Shown here: positions 25,805-32,000 of the stretch, one piece after another
Numbering within the stretch: position 1 is the first letter of the stretch
Layout of the letters: every line of letters begins with the position of its first letter
NCBI RefSeq assembly: GCF_000007985.2
Contig: NC_002939.5
Coordinates: 120,001-152,000 of the forward strand
Direction: 5' to 3'
DNA length: 32,000 nt
Source: Geobacter sulfurreducens PCA
Lineage (GTDB): Bacteria > Desulfobacterota > Desulfuromonadia > Geobacterales > Geobacteraceae
Made by a program: the position numbers and the translations under genes
Notes under the pieces: generated by a model
Told to the model about the DNA's origin: nothing
The model's input: only the letters and a program-made list of their open reading frames with translations
Database searches by the model: none

Positions 25805-26560
25805 ATGGCGGAACACCCTCCCCAGAAACGTCTGTTCATCGCCCTGATGGGGCTTACCTGCCTCCTGATCGTGGGGGGAATCTACCTTCTCTGGTGGGTA
25901 CCCACCACCGGGCTCGCTAATATCCATCCGAGCCTGCCGAGGGTTGTGGGAATCGTGCTCGGCGGCCTCTCGCTCCTGGCACTCCTGGGCACTGCCGTGC
26001 TCGTGTTGACCACCGCCCTGGGCAAGGACATGTACTTCACCCGCTTTCTGCGAGGCGTGGTCATAAAGTTTCTGCTCCCGGTCATCGAACTTCTGGGGCG
26101 CGCCTTCGGCATTTCCACTGACACCATCCGCCAATCGTTCATTGCCATGAACAACAGCCTGGTCCTGTCCCAGCGCTACAAGGTGAAACCGGACCGGATT
26201 CTCATCCTGCTGCCCCACTGCCTCCAGCTCTTCGACTGCGAGATCAAAGTGACAGGCGACATCAACAAGTGCATCCGTTGCGGCCGATGCGACATCAAGG
26301 GGCTGGCTGAGCTGGCCGAGAAGTACCGGATCGACATCTCGGTGGCCACCGGCGGCACCCTTGCCCGCAAGGTCATCATTGAGAAGCGTCCCAAGCTCGT
26401 GGTGGCTGTGGCCTGTGAACGGGATCTTACCTCGGGCATCAAGGACTGCTATCCTCTGCCGGTCATCGGCGTTCTCAACGACCGCCCCTTCGGGCCCTGC
26501 TTCAATACCTCGGTGGACATCGCCAAGATAGACGAATCCCTCCAGGTCATTATGGGATGA
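25805..26560 (+). CDS. DUF116-family membrane protein (unknown function)
   Basis: 251 aa with two N-terminal TM helices and a C-terminal Cys-rich domain (CLQLFDCEI...CIRCGRCDIKG...VAVACERDL). It starts 2 nt after the fmt stop. Confidence 0.75.
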   Translation: MAEHPPQKRLFIALMGLTCLLIVGGIYLLWWVPTTGLANIHPSLPRVVGIVLGGLSLLALLGTAVLVLTTALGKDMYFTRFLRGVVIKFLLPVIELLGRAFGISTDTIRQSFIAMNNSLVLSQRYKVKPDRILILLPHCLQLFDCEIKVTGDINKCIRCGRCDIKGLAELAEKYRIDISVATGGTLARKVIIEKRPKLVVAVACERDLTSGIKDCYPLPVIGVLNDRPFGPCFNTSVDIAKIDESLQVIMG

Positions 26561-26562
26561 TG

Positions 26563-26586
26563 CGCTGCCGTACGGCAGCGTTCATT
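26563..26586 (+). terminator. Candidate terminator after the DUF116 gene
   Basis: CGCTGCC (26563-26569), loop GTAC, GGCAGCG (26574-26580), followed by the weak U-tract TTCATT. Confidence 0.4.
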
Positions 26587-26717
26587 CCGCACTCTGTTTC
26601 ACGTTCCCTGTAGATGTATTGCAGTTCAGGTGTGTGCTGAAGGCGGCTCAGCGGAGAAAAGGGAGGGGCCGGGCGGCAACGACGCTGTTCGGCGCGCCCG
26701 GGCAGACGGTATGTGTG

Positions 26718-27224
26718 CTACGCCTCGATCTGCAGCGTTGCCAGGAAGCGGTGTTCGTTGCGGTTGAAGGGGACCACCACGGCGGCCCCGCTGGAAACCA
26801 CCTCTACCGTATAATCGCTGCCGGAGATAATCGACGGGGTGGAAAGACCCACCGTGAGGTTGTTGGCGGAAAAGAGCATCTTGATTTCGCCGGCGAGCAT
26901 GTTGGTGATCTCGCCCACGGCATCGTGGATGTCGTCTTCGCCTTCGAGTTCATCCAACTCCATGCCGAGCATGGATGCGGTCGCCTCCTTGGCGAATTCG
27001 ATGGGAATGTGAATGCCGACCATCCCCGAAAAATCGCCCCCGAGGCCGACCATCCCCGAGATACTGGCGATGAAGTGGGATTCGGGTTTGGCAAGGGGAT
27101 ACTCATCGACGATGTCATCTATGAAGATCATGGTCGAGAATATTTTTTTGACCGACTCCACGATGTGTCCCACCAGGTCCGCTTCTTTGAAGGTGGCTTC
27201 CTTGACGGTAAAACTCAACGCCAT
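26718..27224 (-). CDS. CheX/CheC-like chemotaxis phosphatase domain protein
   Basis: 168 aa from the ATG at 27224, with AAGGAG 7 nt upstream; the track start at 27230 is only 1 nt from the SD. It has the CheX-type motif DAVGEITNMLAGEIK. Confidence 0.7.
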   Translation of the reverse strand: MALSFTVKEATFKEADLVGHIVESVKKIFSTMIFIDDIVDEYPLAKPESHFIASISGMVGLGGDFSGMVGIHIPIEFAKEATASMLGMELDELEGEDDIHDAVGEITNMLAGEIKMLFSANNLTVGLSTPSIISGSDYTVEVVSSGAAVVVPFNRNEHRFLATLQIEA

Positions 27225-27349
27225 ACGCATGCTCCTTTACTCGCCTGGACACGGCTCTGCTCTCACTTTGCAGGGATTGTTCGGACGACGCGTTCTGCTT
27301 CCGCCATCCACCGCGTGCGATCCCGGTATTCGCGTTCCCGCATAAACAT

Positions 27350-27376
27350 ATATCGGCGCTCACGGATAAAACTGCA
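27350..27376 (-). promoter_or_regulatory. Candidate sigma-28 (FliA) promoter upstream of the CheX-like gene
   Basis: The minus strand reads TGCAGTTT-N11-GCCGATAT, against the enterobacterial consensus TAAAGTTT-N11-GCCGATAA. The -10 matches 7 of 8 positions and the spacing is exact. Confidence 0.3.
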
Positions 27377-27500
27377 ATAATTTTTTCATGTGTTGAATAA
27401 ATCCATTGCATCGCGCCCGTCGATCGATAATCTGCTTGCGCCCCGGCGCCCCGCCGGTGTATCACTGATCCCTTTCCACCTCATCCGAAGGAGCAGAACC

Positions 27501-28667
27501 ATGGGTATTCTTTCAACAACAACAGCCATATGCCAGTTCCGGGTCGCGGGGGATCTCCCTGCCGGTGACCTCTATCCCTGGATTGCCGAACATCTCGCCC
27601 GACAGGCCTTTCAGTCCATCGATCAAGGGGTCGCCGAGCAGTCCGTGGGGTGGGTTCATCTGGATGACCATCGGCAGATGAGCTTCGACATCCCCGCCGC
27701 CTTCTGGCGTGACCATTACGTGGCCTTCACCCTGCGCCGCGACCAGCGCAAGCTTCCGGCGGCGCTGGTAAAGGCCTATCTTCAGGTGGCCGAGCATGAG
27801 TACCTCTCGGCCCATCCCGGCCTCAACCGGGTGCCCAAGCAGAAGCGCGAGGAGCTGAAAGAGGCGGTGCGCCTCAACCTCCTGGCCAAGACCTTGCCGG
27901 TTCCCTCCACCTGGGATGCGGTCTGGGACACCCGCACCGGTATCGTCACCTTTACCTCCCTGTCGGCTCCCATTATCGAGCTGTTCGAGACCCAGTTCAA
28001 GAAGACCTTCGAGGGGACGCGCCTGGTGGCGATCCATCCCTATGCCCGGGCAGAGGCCGTGGGAGGCGAAGGGCTGAAGCCTGCCCTCGAACAGGCCAAC
28101 CTCGCCACGAGCGATGCCGCCATCGATCTGATCAGGAGCAACCAGTGGCTCGGGTGGGATTTCCTCCTCTGGCTTCTCCACCGGACCATGACCGATTCTT
28201 CCGAGTACTGCGTGGGGCAGCCCGGCCCGGCTCTGGCAGGCGAGCCCTTCGTGGCTTACCTGAACGATCGCCTGGTCCTCGTGAGCGCCGGGGAGGCAGG
28301 AACCCAGAAAATCACCGTGGCCGGTCCCCAGGACCACTTCCGAGAAGCCCGCACTGCCCTTGCCCACGGCAAGCGGATCACCGAATCGACTCTCTACCTG
28401 GAAAAGGAGGAGCATGTCTGGAAGTTGACCCTCAAGGGGGAACTCTTCCATTTTGCTTCCCTCAAGTCCCCCAAGGTGGCCATCGAAAAGGGCGAGCACG
28501 TGGACGAAGGGAGCGAACGGGAAGCGGCCTTTTACGAGCGGATGTATGTTCTGGAACAGGGACTCCAGCTCTTCGACAGCCTGTACGGCGAATTCCTCAC
28601 GGTGCGTCTGGGTGCCGGATGGGGCGAAGAACTGGCTCGGATCGAAGGGTGGCTGGCAGGGGAGTAA
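27501..28667 (+). CDS. RdgC-like recombination-associated protein (tentative)
   Basis: 388 aa from the ATG at 27501, with SD GAAGGAG 7 nt upstream. The layout (N-terminal QFRV, RRDQRKLPAALVKAY, KQKREELKEAV..LLAKTLP) resembles the RdgC family. This is from memory and not verified. Confidence 0.5.
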   Translation: MGILSTTTAICQFRVAGDLPAGDLYPWIAEHLARQAFQSIDQGVAEQSVGWVHLDDHRQMSFDIPAAFWRDHYVAFTLRRDQRKLPAALVKAYLQVAEHEYLSAHPGLNRVPKQKREELKEAVRLNLLAKTLPVPSTWDAVWDTRTGIVTFTSLSAPIIELFETQFKKTFEGTRLVAIHPYARAEAVGGEGLKPALEQANLATSDAAIDLIRSNQWLGWDFLLWLLHRTMTDSSEYCVGQPGPALAGEPFVAYLNDRLVLVSAGEAGTQKITVAGPQDHFREARTALAHGKRITESTLYLEKEEHVWKLTLKGELFHFASLKSPKVAIEKGEHVDEGSEREAAFYERMYVLEQGLQLFDSLYGEFLTVRLGAGWGEELARIEGWLAGE

Positions 28668-28675
28668 GCCCCCCT

Positions 28676-29776
28676 CTATTCCGCGATTTTCCAGAGGCCC
28701 GGAAACTCCCCCGGCAGAAGCGGCCGGGGGGTAAGATGCTCGGGCAGGCGGATCAGCCGGGTTTCCGGCGCAAGGGTCAGCTCCCGGTAGAGGAGGTGGC
28801 CCTTTGTATTGTAGCTCTTGGAAAGATGCATGGGAAGGAGCCAGCCGGGACGGATCTCCCGGGCGAGGGCCGATACATCCGCCGTGCAGAGGTGGTGGGA
28901 GGTGCGGGCCTTGGCCACGTCGGCTGCTAGAAACGAGCACTCGCAGGCAAGGAGCGTGACACCGGCAAGTAATCGCCGCACCGTCGCCAGGTTGGTGTCG
29001 CCGGCGCCGATGTCGGTGAGGTAGCCAATGCTGGCAGGCTCCTGGCTCCTCCGGATTGCCTCGAACAGCTCCCGTCCTTCCCGGATCCGTTGTGCCACCG
29101 TGTCGCCGGCCGTGCGCACGGGCACGGTGATCGTCTTCCCATCCAGTCTGCCGCGATAGAAGCGGTGCTTCAGCTCCCGCAGCCATTCCCCCGGCACAAG
29201 ACCCTCCTGATCGACTTTTGCCTCGTCGATCCAGAAGGTGGGACGTTCGGTGATGCGAAAGACCAGGGTCGGCAGGGTGTTATGGTCGCAGAGATCCGCG
29301 TCGACCGCGAGAAAGTCGTTGCGGAAGATCTCGGTCCCCTCCCGCGTTGTCTCTTCCTCGGGCAGGCAGGGAAATCCTTCGGAGCCGGGGAACGTGAACC
29401 GGACAATACGCTCGGGATGGACTTCGCTCACCCGGAAGGTGCACCAGTAGGATTCGGTCAGGTTCCAGTCGTAACCGGCCAGCTTTGCAGCCACTTTCCG
29501 GGCGATCCCCGGCGGGCCGAAGAGTTCGACCGTCCGCGGGGAGACGTGAATGTGGCGGACCAGGGTGTCCAGCCCCATGAAGTGATCCATATGGGCATGG
29601 GAGACGAAGACGGCATCGATGGATTTCAGGACCCGCTTGGCCAGATGGTGAATCTGGCCGCAGTCCACCAGGATCGAGCGCCCCAGGGGCCGGACGTTCA
29701 CCAGGAGGACCGGGTCGTCCAGGAGCCCCGCGCAGAAGGTGGGCTCCAGGTAACGGAAGGGGAGGCGGCTCTTCAT
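28676..29776 (-). CDS. MBL-fold metallo-hydrolase, RNase Z/ElaC-like
   Basis: 366 aa with the HxHxDH motif VSHAHMDHFMG and a distal SHHLCTADVSALA...LLPMHLSKSY motif as in RNase Z. SD GAGG is upstream. Confidence 0.75.
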   Translation of the reverse strand: MKSRLPFRYLEPTFCAGLLDDPVLLVNVRPLGRSILVDCGQIHHLAKRVLKSIDAVFVSHAHMDHFMGLDTLVRHIHVSPRTVELFGPPGIARKVAAKLAGYDWNLTESYWCTFRVSEVHPERIVRFTFPGSEGFPCLPEEETTREGTEIFRNDFLAVDADLCDHNTLPTLVFRITERPTFWIDEAKVDQEGLVPGEWLRELKHRFYRGRLDGKTITVPVRTAGDTVAQRIREGRELFEAIRRSQEPASIGYLTDIGAGDTNLATVRRLLAGVTLLACECSFLAADVAKARTSHHLCTADVSALAREIRPGWLLPMHLSKSYNTKGHLLYRELTLAPETRLIRLPEHLTPRPLLPGEFPGLWKIAE

Positions 29777-29803
29777 AGGATGCCTCGCGAATGCGGCTGA
29801 TAC

Positions 29804-29835
29804 GAAAAAAGGCCCGCCACCCGGCAGGCCTTTTC
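29804..29835 (-). terminator. Rho-independent terminator after hemB
   Basis: On the minus strand, GGCCTGCC-GGGT-GGCGGGCC (8-bp stem with one mismatch) is followed by TTTTTT. The plus strand also has TTTT after the stem. Confidence 0.7.
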
Positions 29836-29854
29836 AGTGTATCACGGAAACAGG

Positions 29855-30832
29855 CTATCCTCTCTTGAGGACCCGCGCAGCCTCCTTGGCGTGGTAAGTG
29901 AGGATCAGGTCAGCGCCGGCCCGCTTGAAGGAGAGGAGGGTCTCCATCATGACCCGCTCTTCGTCGATCCAGCCGGCCCGGCCGGCGGCCTTGATCATGC
30001 TGTACTCGCCGGAGACGTTGTAGACCGCCACGGGGAGATCGAATTCCTCCCGCAGGTCCCGGACGATGTCGAGGTAGGGAAGCCCCGGCTTCACCATGAT
30101 GATGTCGGCGCCTTCTTCCACGTCCATGCGGGCTTCGCGGATGGCCTCCCGGCGGTTCCCCGGGTCCATCTGGTAGGAGCGGCGGTCGCCGAACTGGGGG
30201 GTCGACTCGGCCGCCTCCCGGAACGGGCCGTAGTAACCGGAGGCGTATTTTACGGCATAGCTCATGATCGGGATGTTCTTGTAGCCGTTGTTGTCCAGAA
30301 TTTCGCGGATCGCCATGACTCGTCCGTCCATCATGTCCGAAGGAGCCACCATGTCGGCCCCGGCCTCGGCGTGGGAGAGGGCCTCTCTGGCCAGGAGCTC
30401 CAGGGTCTCGTCGTTGTCCACGTCGCCGTCCTTGATGATGCCGCAGTGACCGTGGTCGGTGTATTCGCACATGCAGACGTCGGTAATGACTGCCAGCCCC
30501 GGCACCTGTTTCTTCAGGGCCCGGATCGTCTCCTGAATGATGCCGTGCTCGGCGTAGGCGTCGCTGCCCACGGCGTCCTTGGTCTCGGGGATGCCGAACA
30601 GGATCACCGCCGGCACGCCCAGCTCATGGACCTCCTGGGCCTCGGCCACGATGTGCTCGATGGATTGTTGATAAATCCCCGGCATGGAAGAGATTTCCTT
30701 CCTGATGCCCGTGCCGAAGGCGGAAAACATCGGATAGATCAGGTCGGTGGCGGAAAGGGTGGTCTCGCTGACCATCCGGCGAAAGACCTCCTTGCCTCTG
30801 ATCCTGCGTGCTCTGAAGGTGGGATAGAACAT
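29855..30832 (-). CDS. hemB: Porphobilinogen synthase (delta-aminolevulinate dehydratase), Zn-type
   Basis: 325 aa from the ATG at 30832, with SD AAGGAGA upstream. It has the Zn-binding Cys triad [14 protein letters not shown], an active-site Lys region (MVKPG) and the conserved C-terminal YHAKEAA. Confidence 0.95.
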   Translation of the reverse strand: MFYPTFRARRIRGKEVFRRMVSETTLSATDLIYPMFSAFGTGIRKEISSMPGIYQQSIEHIVAEAQEVHELGVPAVILFGIPETKDAVGSDAYAEHGIIQETIRALKKQVPGLAVITDVCMCEYTDHGHCGIIKDGDVDNDETLELLAREALSHAEAGADMVAPSDMMDGRVMAIREILDNNGYKNIPIMSYAVKYASGYYGPFREAAESTPQFGDRRSYQMDPGNRREAIREARMDVEEGADIIMVKPGLPYLDIVRDLREEFDLPVAVYNVSGEYSMIKAAGRAGWIDEERVMMETLLSFKRAGADLILTYHAKEAARVLKRG

Positions 30833-31066
30833 GGCGTCTGATCTCCTTGCTGTCTGATGGCAGCCTGGGCGGCTGCTGCCCAACCTGGTCATACTAACTC
30901 ATCTGGTGGCTCTCACTCAAATAGTTTTCCGCAGCGACGCTGAGACGACGAAAGCCGCTTCCGGCAAGGGGTATTTACCGTTGCGCGCGGACGGCTCTTG
31001 TGGCAAGAATAGCAGTGGCCGGTCATGCGTGATGCGCACGCCGGCACGCCAATGCAGGAGGTTCCC

Positions 31067-31504
31067 ATGGCCAAGTCGAACATGGGCGCCGTGGCAGATT
31101 CACTGGCGCTTCTCATGATCAGGGTGCCGCTCGGCGCCATATTCATTGCCCACGGCTCCCAGAAGCTTCTCGGTGCCTTCGGGGGGCAGGGGCTCACCGC
31201 CACCTTCAGAGTATTCGAGGAAAAGCTGGGAATCCCGCCGATTTTCACGCTGCTGGCCATCATTGCCGAATTCGGGGGTGGTGTTGGCGTCCTCTGCGGT
31301 TTCCTCACCCGGCTGTCCGGCTTCGGCATCGCCTCGACCATGGCGGTCGCCATGTACAAGGTTCACTGGGCGAACGGCTTCTTCCTCAACGGCCCCCGGG
31401 GGAACGGCATCGAGTACAACCTCGCCCTGCTCGGTATGGCGCTGGCTCTCGTCTTTGCCGGGGGCGGGGCGTGGTCTGTTGATCGCTATCTCTTCAAACG
31501 GTAA
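31067..31504 (+). CDS. DoxX-family membrane protein
   Basis: 145 aa from the ATG at 31067, with SD AGGAGG 5 nt upstream. It has four hydrophobic helices and the DoxX-type segment RVPLGAIFIAHGSQKL. Confidence 0.8.
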   Translation: MAKSNMGAVADSLALLMIRVPLGAIFIAHGSQKLLGAFGGQGLTATFRVFEEKLGIPPIFTLLAIIAEFGGGVGVLCGFLTRLSGFGIASTMAVAMYKVHWANGFFLNGPRGNGIEYNLALLGMALALVFAGGGAWSVDRYLFKR

Positions 31505-31537
31505 CTTTTTGCCCTTGATTTCATAGTCGTCCCATCG

Positions 31538-31639
31538 GGGTCGAATGAGTGCCGGATTGGCCGCGACGACTGGGCATGGCCACAGACGTAACTGCGTCAT
31601 GTGGAGGGTCGAACGACGGAGGGGCGGACGACGGGCATG
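31538..31639. repeat. Imperfect direct repeat (two units) in the DoxX-PilZ intergenic region
   Basis: Unit A (31538-31578) is GGGTCGAATGA...GACGACTGGGCATG. Unit B (31606-31639) is GGGTCGAACGA...GACGACGGGCATG. The period is 68 nt. Confidence 0.5.
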
Positions 31640-31654
31640 CAGGTGGTGCGCCTG

Positions 31655-32000
31655 CTAGAAAATAGAGTCCTTCAGTTCCCTGATGATCTCAACTTGGCGC
31701 TGAAAGATGTATTGGGATATCCCCTTCTCAGTCCGGTTGTCGGGTTGGATCTCAATGATGCAGAGGTCTGTCTGTTTCGCGGGGATGACCCGCAGAACCT
31801 GGGCTGGCATCTCAAAGGGCCCTCCGGGCAGGCGCAGCGTGACCTTCCCCTTGATGCCCGCATCGGGATGGGTGGGGATCGTTGCGGAGATGGCCACGCC
31901 TCCCAGGGAGATGTCGTTCAACAGGCCGGCCACGGTGAAGCCGTCCCCCGAGAAGCTTGCCTCGATTTTGTCCTTGACCTCCACCCGCACGAATTGACGG
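31655..32000 (-). CDS. PilZ-domain protein (5' end lies outside the window)
   Basis: The frame stays open to the window edge (..RQFVRVEV..). It has the c-di-GMP-binding PilZ motifs RxxxR (partly beyond the edge) and DISLGG. Confidence 0.75.
   Translation of the reverse strand, partial: RQFVRVEVKDKIEASFSGDGFTVAGLLNDISLGGVAISATIPTHPDAGIKGKVTLRLPGGPFEMPAQVLRVIPAKQTDLCIIEIQPDNRTEKGISQYIFQRQVEIIRELKDSIF

Noticed and set aside
26595-26604. TGTTTCACGT, one half of a parS-like site (consensus TGTTTCACGTGAAACA)
   Set aside because: Only the left half matches, because the right half is TCCCTG. I found no full parS palindrome anywhere in the window, including around parAB. CACGTG cores at about 4100 and about 22035 also lack matching flanks.
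28668-28675. Only 8 nt between the convergent stops of the RdgC-like and MBL hydrolase genes, with no terminator
   Set aside because: This is noted as a possible source of antisense read-through. No structure or motif is present to support any specific claim.
30906-31118. 70-aa plus-strand ORF in the hemB-DoxX divergent region (also 30913-31359 on the minus strand)
   Set aside because: It has no SD, is out of frame with and overlaps the well-supported DoxX start, and has Arg/Ser/Cys-rich atypical composition.

Overview
High-GC (about 60%) chromosomal core region whose gene content and order look like a Geobacter-type (Desulfuromonadales) genome; I cannot verify the organism without a search. 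The plus strand carries the 3' end of a sensor kinase, a receiver-only response regulator, parA-parB, a seven-gene F1Fo ATP synthase operon (b-prime, b, delta, alpha, gamma, beta, epsilon, with no a or c subunit genes), pdxA and mtgA. It also carries priA, def-fmt-DUF116, an RdgC-like gene and a DoxX gene. The minus strand carries a small triheme cytochrome c, an AlaA-like aminotransferase, a VOC/glyoxalase gene and a secreted SH3b-like protein. It also has a four-gene group-1 [NiFe] uptake hydrogenase cassette (small subunit, large subunit, cytochrome b, maturation protease). Upstream of that lie comF, a LUD-domain gene, a NapH-like membrane polyferredoxin and ttcA. Further along are a CheX-like gene, an RNase Z-like MBL hydrolase, hemB and a partial PilZ gene. 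I found no rRNA, tRNA, CRISPR array, transposase, integrase or recognisable defence island, and base composition looks uniform. I do not see an obviously novel multi-gene system. The signals most worth a second look are small and regulatory. The first is an Ala-rich 29-codon leader ORF plus a strong terminator directly upstream of the alanine-type aminotransferase. The second is a pair of TTG-N8-CAA palindromes placed at class II activator distance from -10 elements of the cytochrome c and hydrogenase genes. The third is a perfect 19-bp palindrome in the atp operon leader. The fourth is a hydrogenase maturation protease whose conserved N-terminus has no canonical start codon. All long antisense ORFs in the track are treated as high-GC artefacts.
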